Translations under genes and position numbers: made by a program
Part shown: positions 10,065 to 24,799 of the stretch, in pieces
Numbering within the stretch: the first letter of the stretch is position 1
Layout of the letters: every line of letters begins with the position of its first letter
Notes under the pieces: generated by a model
The model's database searches: none
The model's input: only the letters and a program-made list of their open reading frames with translations
Told to the model about the DNA's origin: nothing
UHGV virus genome: UHGV-0121576
DNA length: 41,663 nucleotides
Strand: one strand, 5' to 3'
Source of the DNA: a virus

Positions 10065-10736
10065 TCAGCGACCAATCACCACAACCTGACCACCATCCCC
10101 TTCGTCTGCCGTGCTGATCTCCTGAGAAACCACCCGCGACCCCACACGCATTTCACCGTACAGAACAGGCAAAACATTGCCCTGGGCAACCATGTTATCC
10201 AGTGAGGAGAAATAGGTGTTCTGCTTACCGTTATCCGTTGTCTGTGTGCGGGGAGTTCTGGCTTTCGGTGCCAGCATCTGCGCCACACCGCCGAGCACCA
10301 TACTGGCACCGAGAGAAAACAGAATGCCGGTCATACCACCGGCCCCAATGGCTGTCCCCCATGCTGCAAGGGTGGCTCCGGCGGTAAAGAATGATCCGGC
10401 AATGGCGGCTGCCCCCAGGACAATCTGGAATACGCCACCTGACTTGGCCCCGGCGACTCTGGGAACGATATGAATCACAGCGCCGTCAGGCAGAGCCTCA
10501 TGTAACTGCGCCGTTAATCCGGACGTGCTGACATCCTGCCCGGCAATCCGTACCTGATACCAGCCGTCGCTCAGTTTCTGACGAAACGCCGGGAGCTGTG
10601 TGGCCAGCGCCCGAATGGCTTCAGCCCCCGTTTTCACACGAAGGTCGATGCGGCGGCCAAATCGTTGTAAATCCCCGTAAAGGCAGATGCGCGCCATGCC
10701 CGGTGACGCCAGAGGGAGTGTGTGCGTCGCTGCCAT
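10065..10736 (-). CDS. I: Tail tip assembly protein I
   Basis: 223 aa, same length as lambda I, overlaps K 3-prime end as in lambda. Confidence 0.85.
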   Translation of the reverse strand: MAATHTLPLASPGMARICLYGDLQRFGRRIDLRVKTGAEAIRALATQLPAFRQKLSDGWYQVRIAGQDVSTSGLTAQLHEALPDGAVIHIVPRVAGAKSGGVFQIVLGAAAIAGSFFTAGATLAAWGTAIGAGGMTGILFSLGASMVLGGVAQMLAPKARTPRTQTTDNGKQNTYFSSLDNMVAQGNVLPVLYGEMRVGSRVVSQEISTADEGDGGQVVVIGR

Positions 10737-11377
10737 TTGTCGGTATACCTCTCTCGTTTGCTCAGTTGTTCAGGAATATGGTGCAGCAGCTCGCCATCAC
10801 CACAGTAAATGGCGGCATGATTCGGCACCGATGAACCAAAACAGCACAGCAGCACATCGCCCGGTTGTGCTGATGACAACGGCACCTGATACAGCCCTGT
10901 GGCCTCCAGATTATCCAGATAGAGATTCTGACCGTGACGCCACCAGTCATCCTCGCGATGAAAATCCGGCATCTCAATCCCCGCCAGATGATAAGCATCC
11001 CGGAACAGCGTGTAACAGTCCGTCACCCCGTGTTCAAAGCGCCGCCCGGTGAGATGCGGCACACAGCGGAACTTATGAATCGTCCCCCGGCAGACCAGCC
11101 ACCACGGCAAATCACTCTGCACCTGCAGCCGCCGGTCAGCCTCACTCAGCCAGGGCAGACCACCGGGGTGGCTGTGGACCAGCGCCACAATCTCACCCTG
11201 CATTTCTGCCTGCAGCCAGTCTTCCGGCGACATACGGAAATACGCCTCCGGCTCACCGGAGATATTCACGCAGGGGAAATATCTTTCCCCCTCCGGCGTG
11301 CTTACCACGAAGCCGCACGACTCCGCTGGCGCACATCGCCGGGCGTGCGCCAGAATCGCTGATTCTGTCTGTGTCAT
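10634..11377 (-). CDS. K: Tail tip assembly protein K (MPN/JAB plus NlpC/P60-like)
   Basis: HSHP metalloprotease-like motif and Cys/His hydrolase-like region; synteny L-K-I; true start may be internal. Confidence 0.8.
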   Translation of the reverse strand: MTQTESAILAHARRCAPAESCGFVVSTPEGERYFPCVNISGEPEAYFRMSPEDWLQAEMQGEIVALVHSHPGGLPWLSEADRRLQVQSDLPWWLVCRGTIHKFRCVPHLTGRRFEHGVTDCYTLFRDAYHLAGIEMPDFHREDDWWRHGQNLYLDNLEATGLYQVPLSSAQPGDVLLCCFGSSVPNHAAIYCGDGELLHHIPEQLSKRERYTDKWQRRTHSLWRHRAWRASAFTGIYNDLAAASTFV

Positions 11378-11382
11378 GGGAT

Positions 11383-12081
11383 TTACTGCGAAAGTTTGTT
11401 AATGGAAAGGAAGCCGCCAAAGTTGCCGACGTTATTGCGAAACTTACAGCCGCTCAGGCATTTGCTGCATTTATCCTTCGTGATATCGGACGTCGGCTGG
11501 TCATATTCATCCGCGACAGCCGGACCGTTATAACCGCACTCATCACCGCGATAGGTCCAGGTGCAGGTGTTGGCCAGCATGATACGTCCCGGAAAAACAG
11601 CGCCGTCCGTTTCCGTCGGCGTGGACAGTACAAAGGAGGCACTGACCGCGCTCAGTTCGCTGCACTGCTCGATGCGCCAGCGGCTGATCACCTCCTGCTC
11701 CTGATCGGCGTCGCTGTTTCCGTTGACGAAGTTCACCGCATCCAGAAAACGGGCGTAAACCTTACGCCTGACCACCGTTCCGCCGACCAGACTCTGCAGA
11801 TCTTCCGCCATCCCGGTGACCATACCGTACAGGTTAGAAACCGTCAGCGTGGGGCGCGTACTGGTGCCTTTGCCATTCAGTTCAAAACCGCTCCCCTGAA
11901 TGGGATACGCCTGATACTGTCGCCCCTGCCAGGTGACCGGCTCACCTTTTTCGTTCTGCTCATTACAGAAAAAATAACGTTCTCCACCGACCTCTGTCAG
12001 ATCGATCTCCCAGAGCACCACGCTGGCCGACTGCTCCGCACGGGTGCATTCATTCAGTGTTTCCTGCCGGATATCCTGCAT
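11383..12081 (-). CDS. L: Tail tip protein L
   Basis: 232 aa as lambda L; C-terminal Cys cluster; synteny. Confidence 0.85.
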   Translation of the reverse strand: MQDIRQETLNECTRAEQSASVVLWEIDLTEVGGERYFFCNEQNEKGEPVTWQGRQYQAYPIQGSGFELNGKGTSTRPTLTVSNLYGMVTGMAEDLQSLVGGTVVRRKVYARFLDAVNFVNGNSDADQEQEVISRWRIEQCSELSAVSASFVLSTPTETDGAVFPGRIMLANTCTWTYRGDECGYNGPAVADEYDQPTSDITKDKCSKCLSGCKFRNNVGNFGGFLSINKLSQ

Positions 12082-12410
12082 CAGTTCACCACCTGTTCAA
12101 ACTCTGCGCTGAACTCAACACGCAGCATACTGACCCGCGACGACCATTTTGCGCAGGTCACCTTTATCTGCCGCCACTCATAAGGCGGCGTCCACAGAAA
12201 GGCTTTCCAGCCCCCGTGCTCTTCCAGAAACGACTCCAGCGCCGTGGCCTCCTCACGGGGGACAGAAAGCGTCACGCTGTACGTTTTCAGGTTGGCATTC
12301 AGCCCGGCAGGCGCTCGCTGGGAATAGCCATCACCAAAGCGCACCTTTCTTACAGAAGGGTCCGAAGCCACATCCATACCGGGTTTCACTTTCCAGCGGA
12401 AGGTTTTCAT
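12081..12410 (-). CDS. M: Tail tip protein M
   Basis: 109 aa as lambda M; overlapping stop/start with L and H. Confidence 0.85.
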   Translation of the reverse strand: MKTFRWKVKPGMDVASDPSVRKVRFGDGYSQRAPAGLNANLKTYSVTLSVPREEATALESFLEEHGGWKAFLWTPPYEWRQIKVTCAKWSSRVSMLRVEFSAEFEQVVN

Positions 12411-14968
12411 CGTCCACCTCCGGAGAACAGACCACCATCACGCATCTGCCCGGTCACAACATCCATTGCCGCCTTACGGGCTACGTCATAAACAGCCTTC
12501 AGCACCTGTGGCCCTATCTGACCGTTCGTGCCGTCGTTGTTAATCACCACATGGTTATTCTGCTCAAACGTCCCGGACGCCTGCGACCGGCTGTCCGCCA
12601 TGCTGCCCGGTGTACCGACATAACCGCCGGTGGCATAGCCGCGCATCAGCCGGTAAAGATTCCCCACGCCAATCCGGCTGGTTGCCTCCTTCGTGAAGAC
12701 AAATTCACCACGATGAACAATCCCCGCAGGCTCATATTTGCCGCCGGTTCCCGTAAATCCTCCGGTCGCAAAATGGAATTTCGCCGCAGCTGCCTGAATG
12801 GCTGTACCGCCTGACGCCGATGCGCCACCACCAACAGCTCCGCCAATGGCGCTGCCAATACTCCCGACAATCCCCACCATTGCCTGCTTAAGCAGAATTT
12901 CTGTCATCATGGACAGCACGGAACGGGTGAAGCTGCGCCAGTTCTGCTCACTGCCGGTCAGCATCGCCGCCATATTCTGTGCAATACCATCAAAGGTCTG
13001 CGTGGCTGCACTTTTAACCTGCGACATACTGTCCGTGGCGCTCTCTTCCCACTCACTCCAGCCGGACTTCAGGCCTGCCATCCAGCTCCCGCGAAGCTGG
13101 TCTTCAGCCGCCCAGGTCTTTTTCTGCTCTGACATGACGTTATTCAGCGCCAGCGGATTATCGCCATACTGTTCCTTCAGGCGCTGTTCCGTGGCTTCCC
13201 GTTCTGCCTGCCGGTCAGTCAGCCCCCGGCTTTTCGCATCAATGGCGGCCCGTTTTGCCCGTTGCTGCTGTGCGAATTTATCCGCCTGCTGCGCCAGCGC
13301 GTTCAGGCGCTCCTGATACGTAACCTTGTCGCCAAGTGCAGCCAGCTGGCGTTTGTACTCCAGCGTCTCATCTTTATGCGCCAGCAGGGATTTCTCCTGT
13401 GCAGACAGCTGGCGACGTTGCGCCGCCTCCTCCAGTACCGCGAACTGACTCTCCGCCTTCCACAAATCCCGGCGCTGCTGGCTGATTTTCTCATTCGCTC
13501 CGGCATGCTTCTCCAGCGTCCGGAGTTCTGCCTGAAGCGTCAGCAGGGCAGCATGAGCACTGTCTTCCTGACGATCGCCCGCAGACACCTTCACGCCGGA
13601 CTGTTTCGGCTTTTTCAGCGTCGCTTCATAGTCCTTTTTCGCCGCCGCCATCAGCGTGTTGTAATCCGCCTGCAGGATTTTCCCGTCTTTCAGTGCCTTG
13701 TTCAGTTCTTCCTGACGGGCGGTATATTTCTCCAGCGGCGTCTGCAGCCGTTCGTAAGCCTTCTGCGCCTCTTCGGTATATTTCAGCCGTGACGCTTCGG
13801 TATCGCTCTGCTGCTGCGCATTTTTGTCCTGTTGAGTCTGCTGCTCAGCCTTCTTTCGGGCGGCTTCAAGCGCAAGACGGGCCTTTTCACGATCATCCCA
13901 GTAACGCGCCCGCGCTTCATCGTTAACAAAATAATCATCCTTGCGCAGATTCCAGATGTCGTCTGCTTTCTTAAACGCAGCCTCTGCCTTAATCAGCATC
14001 TCCTGCGCGGTATCAGGACGACCAATATCCAGCACCGCATCCCACATGGATTTGAATGCCCGCGCTGTCCTGTCTGCCCAGGTCTCCAGCGTGCCCATGT
14101 TCTCTTTCAGGCGGCGGGTCTGGTCATCAAACCCTTTCGTTGCGGCTTCGTTCGCCGCCTGCAATGCCCCGGCTTCATCGCCGGAACGCTGCAACTGAGC
14201 AACATACGCAATCTGCTCCGCCGTCACGTTATGGAACTGGCGCGCCATCGCCGTCAGCCCCGACGTCGGGTCAGTGGTCAGCTTCCCGAAGGCTTCAGCG
14301 ACCTTGTCCACCTCCACGCCGGATGCAGAGGAGAAACGCGCCACACTCTGGCTGATGGACGCAATCTGAGCCTCACCGCTTACCCCCGCCTTAACCAGTG
14401 CACTGAGTGACTCGCTGGTCTGGTTAAACGTCAGCCCTGCCGCCTGCCCGGCTCTGGACAGGACCAGCATACGATCTGCCGTCAGACCTGACTGATGACC
14501 GGAAAGGACCAGCGTTTTGTTGAAATCGGACAGGGTTGAGTTACCCTGATACCAGGCATACGCCAGCGCACCGGTCGCCACCGCCAGCGAGGTGGCCCCG
14601 ACCATCGGCAGGGTGATCGCACCGGCAAGCCCCCGGAACATGGGGATCATCCCGCCGAAGGAGTCCTTAACCTGACCACCCTGTTGCAGCAGGATCAGCC
14701 ACGGGCTTTGCCCGCCTGCAAGCTGCGTGGCCACGTCAGTGAACTGTGCAGGAAGCATACGCATGGCGGCTTTATACTGCCCGACGGAAATCCCCGCTTT
14801 CTGTGCAGCCAGCGCCTGCCGGTTCATTGACTGTTCAACGACTGCCGCTGTTTTTTTCGCATCACTTTCCGTACCGGAAAAATGACGCCTGACTCTGGCC
14901 ATCTGCTCGTCAAATCTGGCTGCATCCAGACTTAAATCAACGACCAGATCGCCTACCGGTTCAGCCAT
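12407..14968 (-). CDS. H: Tail tape-measure protein H
   Basis: 853 aa (lambda H length), long alpha-helical repeat-rich sequence, Gly-rich C-terminus. Confidence 0.9.
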   Translation of the reverse strand: MAEPVGDLVVDLSLDAARFDEQMARVRRHFSGTESDAKKTAAVVEQSMNRQALAAQKAGISVGQYKAAMRMLPAQFTDVATQLAGGQSPWLILLQQGGQVKDSFGGMIPMFRGLAGAITLPMVGATSLAVATGALAYAWYQGNSTLSDFNKTLVLSGHQSGLTADRMLVLSRAGQAAGLTFNQTSESLSALVKAGVSGEAQIASISQSVARFSSASGVEVDKVAEAFGKLTTDPTSGLTAMARQFHNVTAEQIAYVAQLQRSGDEAGALQAANEAATKGFDDQTRRLKENMGTLETWADRTARAFKSMWDAVLDIGRPDTAQEMLIKAEAAFKKADDIWNLRKDDYFVNDEARARYWDDREKARLALEAARKKAEQQTQQDKNAQQQSDTEASRLKYTEEAQKAYERLQTPLEKYTARQEELNKALKDGKILQADYNTLMAAAKKDYEATLKKPKQSGVKVSAGDRQEDSAHAALLTLQAELRTLEKHAGANEKISQQRRDLWKAESQFAVLEEAAQRRQLSAQEKSLLAHKDETLEYKRQLAALGDKVTYQERLNALAQQADKFAQQQRAKRAAIDAKSRGLTDRQAEREATEQRLKEQYGDNPLALNNVMSEQKKTWAAEDQLRGSWMAGLKSGWSEWEESATDSMSQVKSAATQTFDGIAQNMAAMLTGSEQNWRSFTRSVLSMMTEILLKQAMVGIVGSIGSAIGGAVGGGASASGGTAIQAAAAKFHFATGGFTGTGGKYEPAGIVHRGEFVFTKEATSRIGVGNLYRLMRGYATGGYVGTPGSMADSRSQASGTFEQNNHVVINNDGTNGQIGPQVLKAVYDVARKAAMDVVTGQMRDGGLFSGGGR

Positions 14969-15395
14969 ACCGGACTCCTCCTGCGATCCCTTCTGATACT
15001 GTCATCAGCATTACGTCATCCTCCGTCATGTCCGCTACATCCGGGGAAGCGGGGATAACTTCATTCCCGTCCGGGCCAAAGCGGACGCCTCCGGCAAGCC
15101 CTGCCGCTTTCTGCATCAGCACATCATCTTCAGGCTCTTCGTCAGCCTCGCGCCGGTTCAGCAGACTGAAATCCAGCGGATGCATATCCGGATCGCTGAA
15201 AAACAGGCTGAGTACGGTGTACGTCAGCCCGGAAAAGTGCATATCCAGCAGGACATCATGAAAATAATGGGTACTGTAAAAGCGGTGCCAGTCGGCATAC
15301 TCCGTGGATGACATCCCGGCAAGCATGGCGCGCCAGTCGGGTCGCCCCATCTCACGCGCCAGTTTCAGGGCAAAACTCAGCTCACCGTCGAACAC
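14961..15395 (-). CDS. T: Tail assembly chaperone T segment, expected to be made only as a G-T fusion by -1 frameshift
   Basis: ORF in the -1 frame overlapping the end of G; position as lambda T. Confidence 0.8.
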   Translation of the reverse strand: MFDGELSFALKLAREMGRPDWRAMLAGMSSTEYADWHRFYSTHYFHDVLLDMHFSGLTYTVLSLFFSDPDMHPLDFSLLNRREADEEPEDDVLMQKAAGLAGGVRFGPDGNEVIPASPDVADMTEDDVMLMTVSEGIAGGVRYG

Positions 15396-15799
15396 TTTCC
15401 CGCAGAAACAGGCTCTGCAGGCCCGGCGTCATCTGCCTGTTCAGGGGCATTATTCACCACAAACTCAGACATTCCGGACAGACGTAACACCACGTTTTCA
15501 GCCTGAGCAATTGCCTCCGTGGGCCAGGTGGTAAGCACTTCCTGCTCAATCTGTTTAATGGCTTCATTCATGGACGGCAGCTTTGTCTTCTGCGGATGGT
15601 TATGCCACAGAGACATCGCCACCAGAAACGCCCCGCCTCTGATAAGATCCTCTACAGACACCTGCAGGTTGCCACTGGATTCAGCCTTTTTTTCCTGCTC
15701 TTTCAACCAGGCAAGATGCTCAATACGCTGCAGGGCTGACAGTTCAGAAAGCGTGACGGTCACGCCGTTATGTTCAAATGATTCTGTTTTCAGGAACAT
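15377..15799 (-). CDS. G: Tail assembly chaperone G
   Basis: 140 aa as lambda G; ends PVSAGKCSTVS just after the slippery site. Confidence 0.85.
   Translation of the reverse strand: MFLKTESFEHNGVTVTLSELSALQRIEHLAWLKEQEKKAESSGNLQVSVEDLIRGGAFLVAMSLWHNHPQKTKLPSMNEAIKQIEQEVLTTWPTEAIAQAENVVLRLSGMSEFVVNNAPEQADDAGPAEPVSAGKCSTVS
15395..15401 (-). promoter_or_regulatory. Programmed -1 ribosomal frameshift slippery heptamer GGGAAAG (G to G-T)
   Basis: Minus-strand sequence CTGCGGGAAAGTGTTCGACGGTGA: heptamer lies 6 codons before the G stop and the -1 frame continues into T. Confidence 0.75.
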
Positions 15800-15814
15800 C
15801 GCTGACTCTCCGGA

Positions 15815-16555
15815 TTAACTGGCGGTGACGGTGATTTCTGCAACCGCAGCAAACTCACCATTACCGGATACCACCGGAATGTTGACCTTACCTGCAGCAA
15901 CGCCGTTCACGGTGATGGTCATACCACTGACCGACACGGTGGCTTTTGTTTTATCCGCAGACACCGCACGGAAGCTCTTGTCGGTTACGCCTTCCGGCTG
16001 GAATGCCACGGTCAGCGTGGTGCTCTGCCCTTTCACTACGGAAGCACTGGCTGGTGTTACCGTCATGCCGGTTGCCGCTGTTACTGTGCTGCGATCTTCT
16101 GCCATCGACGGGCGTCCCACATTGGTGACCTTCACCGTGCGGGTGATCACTTCCTTCGCCCTCACCGCCTTACCGATACTGCTGACCCAGCCACGGAACA
16201 CATCGACCGTGCCGTTCGGAAAGCGGATTTTATAGGCACGGGTATCACCTTCATTAAACCACGCCAGCAGCGCCTGCTGCCCCTGCTCTCCGGGCATCCA
16301 CGCCAGCGTGAAGCTGGTATCTCCGGCTGACTTCTGCCCCTGTCCGGTCGCGGTCCAGTCCGCATCTTCATCATCGAGATAACTGTCGTCATAGGACTCA
16401 GCGGTCAGTTCGCCGGGCGTCAGGTCTTTAACTTTAGCCAGACGCGACCAGTCAACGTCTGAAAGCGGGTTCGCATAAGGGTCACCGTTCCCCTTATAAA
16501 CCCACAGAGTGGTTCCGGCACCTTTCACCGGCATTGTTGGATTTGGTACAGGCAT
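15815..16555 (-). CDS. V: Major tail tube protein V (with C-terminal Ig-like domain)
   Basis: From internal Met ([22 protein letters not shown]) the protein is 246 aa and matches lambda V; GAGGA RBS 5 nt upstream; the longer ORF-track start overlaps U. Confidence 0.85.
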   Translation of the reverse strand: MPVPNPTMPVKGAGTTLWVYKGNGDPYANPLSDVDWSRLAKVKDLTPGELTAESYDDSYLDDEDADWTATGQGQKSAGDTSFTLAWMPGEQGQQALLAWFNEGDTRAYKIRFPNGTVDVFRGWVSSIGKAVRAKEVITRTVKVTNVGRPSMAEDRSTVTAATGMTVTPASASVVKGQSTTLTVAFQPEGVTDKSFRAVSADKTKATVSVSGMTITVNGVAAGKVNIPVVSGNGEFAAVAEITVTAS

Positions 16556-16562
16556 AGCGTCC

Positions 16563-16958
16563 TCACATTTCATAGGTAATGACATAAGTCAGATCGGCTG
16601 AACTCCACAGGCCCGCATCATCGTCGCGCCGGTAGTCATAGCCACTGGCCACCATACTGGTGATCAAATCTGACAGTGCCGGGATATCGCTCATCACCGG
16701 ATAAATCCGGGACTCCATCCACGAATCCAGCTCTGAATCCGGCACCTGAGCAGGCAGGAAAACTTCAATATGCAGCTCCGCCTGCCAGGTATCGCTGTCC
16801 AGCTCTTCGCCCGTGTATTCAGCGCCAGTGAGATAAACGGCAATTGCCGGAAAATCTTCCTCATCAAAAACAGCGGGGCGACCATCAAAAAGCGTCGCCC
16901 CGGTGTCATGCTTCTCCAGTGCATCCAGTACGGCTGCACGGAGTTCAGTATGTTTCAT
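16563..16958 (-). CDS. U: Tail terminator protein U
   Basis: 131 aa, synteny Z-U-V. Confidence 0.85.
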   Translation of the reverse strand: MKHTELRAAVLDALEKHDTGATLFDGRPAVFDEEDFPAIAVYLTGAEYTGEELDSDTWQAELHIEVFLPAQVPDSELDSWMESRIYPVMSDIPALSDLITSMVASGYDYRRDDDAGLWSSADLTYVITYEM

Positions 16959-17533
16959 CGCTTTATTACCATTCTCAGTTGATGCTGCAGCGCATAGCCC
17001 AGCTCTTTCGGAAGACGTTCACGCCGTATCCGTTCAATATTCTGTTTAAACGCCGTGGTAAGCGGCACCGCCATCGGGATTTTCACCACATCAATGGGGT
17101 AACGGTTTTTCCCGGCCACACGCTGCATGACATGCCACCGCCCATTTTTCAGTTGCTGAATAAACGCGCCTGGAATACGACGGTTACCCACCACAAGCAC
17201 GCTGCCGCCACCTTTCAGGGATGAACGCTGCCCCTTTTTACGACGCCTGCGTCGGGACAGGACAATCCGCGCATTACCCAGCTTGATTACGGGCAAATCC
17301 CCCCGGTTAACTTTGATTCTGGCCTGCGGATTTTTGACCGTGGCCCTTTTCAGCCTGGCCCTTTCCTTTACCAGTTTCCGGCGTACCTTTGTCTCACGGG
17401 CAACCTGTGACGCAGACTGCGATATCGCGGATGAAGCAACGCGGTTAATGGCCATTGCGGCGGCACCAGGCACCGCCGTTTTGCTGATACGGCTGAGGTT
17501 TTCAACGGCCTGCTCAAGACCTTTTATGGCCAT
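16955..17533 (-). CDS. Z: Tail completion protein Z
   Basis: 192 aa, synteny. Confidence 0.85.
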   Translation of the reverse strand: MAIKGLEQAVENLSRISKTAVPGAAAMAINRVASSAISQSASQVARETKVRRKLVKERARLKRATVKNPQARIKVNRGDLPVIKLGNARIVLSRRRRRKKGQRSSLKGGGSVLVVGNRRIPGAFIQQLKNGRWHVMQRVAGKNRYPIDVVKIPMAVPLTTAFKQNIERIRRERLPKELGYALQHQLRMVIKR

Positions 17534-17544
17534 ACATCCCCCTT

Positions 17545-17898
17545 TCAGCGGCGACGGTTAACGGCAGGCGGTACGCCCCGCCCAAGCCAGAGATGACAGC
17601 TTCCGCCATCATCCGGCGTAACCCGATCTACCCAGAAGTTTTCCTCACCGATGGTCAGCGTGTCTCCACGCCGCAGCTGCCGCACATCATCAGTCCGGAC
17701 AAACAGGGACGGGCTGGAGCCTTCAACGCGCACGCCCTGTCCGGCATAGCTGATATTTTCAGGGTCATCAAAAACACCACGTATTACTGCGCCGGACTGC
17801 TCACCGGATGTAATGGTGGCTGACGTTCCCATGTACCCGCGTATCGTTTCATCGGCGCGGGCAATGGCAGCATCGAACAGGTTATCGAAATCAGCCAC
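17545..17898 (-). CDS. FII: Head-tail connector protein FII
   Basis: 117 aa, synteny. Confidence 0.85.
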   Translation of the reverse strand: MADFDNLFDAAIARADETIRGYMGTSATITSGEQSGAVIRGVFDDPENISYAGQGVRVEGSSPSLFVRTDDVRQLRRGDTLTIGEENFWVDRVTPDDGGSCHLWLGRGVPPAVNRRR

Positions 17899-17909
17899 AG
17901 CGCCTCCCG

Positions 17910-18308
17910 TTATTGCATTCTGGCCAGGCTACGTTCTGTCATTTCGGCTGCCACACCGGCAGAGACACGAAACGCCGTTCCAGGCAGCACAAATGCCACA
18001 GGTTCATCCCGGATGGCGTGAAGTGCATCGGTGTGCAGCGTCACCAGTGCCACGACCGTGACCAGATCAGCCGCATCCTGAATCACGGTATCCGGCTGCG
18101 CTGATACAACCTCATTTTCATGCCCGGTCAGCACATTTTCCGGGCTGAGAGGGGTGTCCTGACCGGCAGTGTCATCCGTGTCATCAAGCTCTTCTTCCAG
18201 CTCTGCCACACGGAGCGCCAGTTCTTCTTTCGTCCCCGTCAGGCTGACATCACGGTTCAGTTGCTCACCCAGCGACCGGAGACGGGCAATCAGTTCATCT
18301 TTCGTCAT
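17910..18308 (-). CDS. FI: DNA-packaging / head completion protein FI
   Basis: From internal Met (MTKDELIARLRSLGEQL) 132 aa, matching lambda FI. Confidence 0.8.
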   Translation of the reverse strand: MTKDELIARLRSLGEQLNRDVSLTGTKEELALRVAELEEELDDTDDTAGQDTPLSPENVLTGHENEVVSAQPDTVIQDAADLVTVVALVTLHTDALHAIRDEPVAFVLPGTAFRVSAGVAAEMTERSLARMQ

Positions 18309-18349
18309 GGACTCCTCCACAGAGAGAAAATGGCCCCGAAGGGCCACGA

Positions 18350-19375
18350 TTACGCCAGTTGTACAGACACGAATTCATCAGGGTCAGCCAGCAGCATCAG
18401 CGGTGCTGACTGAATCATGGTGAACTCACGCGCCGGATCGCCGGTGGTCACCCAGTTTTTCGGGTAACGGGCAGAGGCGTTAATGCCTTCGCGCTGTGCG
18501 TCCGCATCCTGAATGCAGCCATAGGTGCGCAGACCGCGTGCCTGAGTGTTCCCCAGCACCATCGTGTTGTCCGGCAGGAAGTTCTTTTTGACGCCGTTTT
18601 CCACGTACTGTCCGGAATACACGACGATGGCCACATCGCCATACATTCCCTTATAAGACACCGCTTTGCCCAGGTCTTTTACCGCTGTCTCCAGCTCGGA
18701 ATGAGAGCCGCGACGGGTATCCAGCTTCTCCTTGACGGCCTTGAAGGAACGGAACAGCGCCCAGCCTTTCGGATCAAACACGATGATATTCACCACGCCG
18801 CTGGCGTTCAGCGCGTAGGCTTCGATATCGTCGGTCGGGTCATACGTGGACTTGTCACGCTTGCTCCACTCCGTGCCGCCGGACTGCGTGATGTTATTCG
18901 CCGCACTGCGGCCCATATCCACCTCAACCGGATCGAAGGCTTCACCGGTCATGGTGTATTTGCCCTTAAGCACGGCAGAAACTGCCTGCATCTCTTCCAC
19001 CTGGGCAATGGCCAGCTCTTCGTCACGCATGTTCTGCATGATGATGCGACGGCGACGGTAAGCCGGGTCCGCCAGATTCTGCGGATCTTCATCCGGCAGG
19101 CGACGCAGGGTCATCTGCGGATTCACTTCATGCTTGGGTTTGACATATCCCGGCGTAAATTCAGAGGTGGAGCCGCCACGGGAGCGGATAACCTCACCGG
19201 AAACAATCGGCGAAACGTACAGCGCCATGTTTACCAGTCCCGGAATTTGTGAGAGATAGACTTTCTCCGTGGTGAAGGGATAGCTTTCACGGAAAAAGAG
19301 ACGCAGAAACAGCGGATCAAACTTAAATTTCTGCTCATTTGCCGCCAGCAGTTGGGCGGTTGTGTACATCGACAT
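18350..19375 (-). CDS. E: Major capsid protein E
   Basis: From internal Met (MSMYTTAQLLAANEQKFKFDPLF) 341 aa, matching lambda E. Confidence 0.9.
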   Translation of the reverse strand: MSMYTTAQLLAANEQKFKFDPLFLRLFFRESYPFTTEKVYLSQIPGLVNMALYVSPIVSGEVIRSRGGSTSEFTPGYVKPKHEVNPQMTLRRLPDEDPQNLADPAYRRRRIIMQNMRDEELAIAQVEEMQAVSAVLKGKYTMTGEAFDPVEVDMGRSAANNITQSGGTEWSKRDKSTYDPTDDIEAYALNASGVVNIIVFDPKGWALFRSFKAVKEKLDTRRGSHSELETAVKDLGKAVSYKGMYGDVAIVVYSGQYVENGVKKNFLPDNTMVLGNTQARGLRTYGCIQDADAQREGINASARYPKNWVTTGDPAREFTMIQSAPLMLLADPDEFVSVQLA

Positions 19376-19430
19376 AAAAAAATCCCGTAAAAAAAGCCGC
19401 ACAGGCGGCCTTTAGTGATGAAGGGTAAGG

Positions 19431-19769
19431 TTAAACGATGCTGATTGCCGTTCCGGCAAACGCGGTCCGTTTTTTCGTCTCGTCGCTGGCAGCCTCCGGC
19501 CAGAGCACATCCTCATAACGGAACGTGCCGGACTTGTAGAACGTCAGCGCGGTGCTGGTCTGGTCAGCAGCAACCGCCAGAATGCCAACGGCAGCACCGT
19601 CGGTGGTGCCATCCCACGCAACCAGCTTACGGGTGGAGGTGTCCAGCATCAGCGGGGTCATTGCAGGCGCTTTCGCACTCAATCCGCCGGGCGCGGTTGC
19701 GGTATGAGCCGGGTCACTGTTGCCCAGCGGCTGGTAATGGGTAAAGGTTTCTTTGCTCGTCATAAACAT
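19431..19769 (-). CDS. D: Head decoration protein D
   Basis: [11 protein letters not shown]...GTAISIV is near-identical to lambda gpD as recalled. Confidence 0.9.
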   Translation of the reverse strand: MFMTSKETFTHYQPLGNSDPAHTATAPGGLSAKAPAMTPLMLDTSTRKLVAWDGTTDGAAVGILAVAADQTSTALTFYKSGTFRYEDVLWPEAASDETKKRTAFAGTAISIV

Positions 19770-19772
19770 CCC

Positions 19773-21072
19773 TTACACTGGTGTGTTCAGCAAATCGTTA
19801 ACGGCATCAGATGCCGGGTTACCTGCAGCCAGCGGTGCCGGTGCACCCTGCATCAGACGATCCAGCGCAGTGTCACTGCGCGCCTGTGCACTCTGTGGTG
19901 CTGCGGCCAGAATGCGGCGGGCCGTTTCCACGGTCATACCGGGGGTTTCTGCCAGCACGCGGGCCTGTTCTTCGCGTCCGTGAGCCTCCTCACAGTTGAG
20001 GATCCCCATAATGCGGCTGTTTTCTGCCGCAACCGCTGCGGTGATCTGCGCGTTCACGTCCGGCTGCGCCGCGCTGGCGTTTTCGCCCTCCGTCGCTGGC
20101 ACCACGTCAGTAACGTCAGCCTGCGAAGCAGTGGCTGAAACAGTTGTTGATTGAGTCTCTTTGGTCATTCGCCCTCCTGAGAGACGGGATTTACGTGCAT
20201 CCAGTGCATCACGCATGACGGTGATCGCATCGGTGCTGTTAACAAGTTCATCAGCCAGTCCGGCATCAATGGCCTCCTGACCGCTGTACACTGCAGCCTC
20301 GGTATCCAGCACAGCCTGCACAGACAGGCCGGTATATGCCGACACCTTCTGCGCAAACATCTGGCGGGTTGCGTCCATCCGGGACTGCAGTGTCTCCCGG
20401 ACGTCATCCGGAAGATGGCTGTAGGGATTGCCATCCACCTTATGGCTGCCGCTGTAAATCAGCGTGATTTCCACGCCCTGTTTCTCCAGCGCAGCACCGT
20501 AATTACTGTGAGCCATCATGACGCCGATAGAGCCTGTCCGGGCGGTCTGCGTGACCAGACGCCGGGAGGCGGCACTGGCAAGCAGCTGACCTGCACTGCA
20601 GTTCATGTCGTTGGCCAGCGCCCATACCGGTTTTATGTCACGCACACGGGCGATGATGTCAGCGCAGTCAAATGCCCCCGCCACCATCCCGCCGGGCGTG
20701 TCCATATCGAGCAGAATGCCGTCCACCATCGGATCGCTGGCAGCCTGTTGCAGACGGGCGATAATGCCGTTGTAACCGGTCATCCCCGAATACGGCTGCA
20801 GCGCCCGCGTCCGGCTGACCAGCGTGCCGGACACCGGCAGCACGGCGATGCCGTTCATGATCTGATAACTGCGGGCCTGTCGTGGTCCGTCATCATCACC
20901 GGATAACGCCAGCGTCGCGGGTGCCTCTCCGGCAGCCAGGCTGTCACCGGACACCGCATCCGTCAGACGGCTGATCCCAAGCTGGCCTGCAAGCGCACAA
21001 AAGAAAACCCGCGCATAGGCGGGTTCAAGCATCAGCGGCTCATTAAAGGCCATGCTGGCAATATGCGGGAGA

Positions 21073-21092
<20 letters not shown>
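19773..21092 (-). CDS. C: Head maturation protease / scaffold C (S49 ClpP-like), with Nu3 scaffold expected in-frame in the 3-prime third
   Basis: VTAELRNLPHIASMAFNEPLML N-terminus from a GTG at 21092 gives 439 aa as lambda C; ORF-track start further upstream lies inside B. Confidence 0.85.

Positions 21093-24773
<3,681 letters not shown>

Positions 24774-24799
<26 letters not shown>

Noticed and set aside
12798-14410. Multiple plus-strand ORFs (172, 176, 192 aa) inside H
   Set aside because: Antisense to the tape-measure gene, low-complexity, no supporting signals
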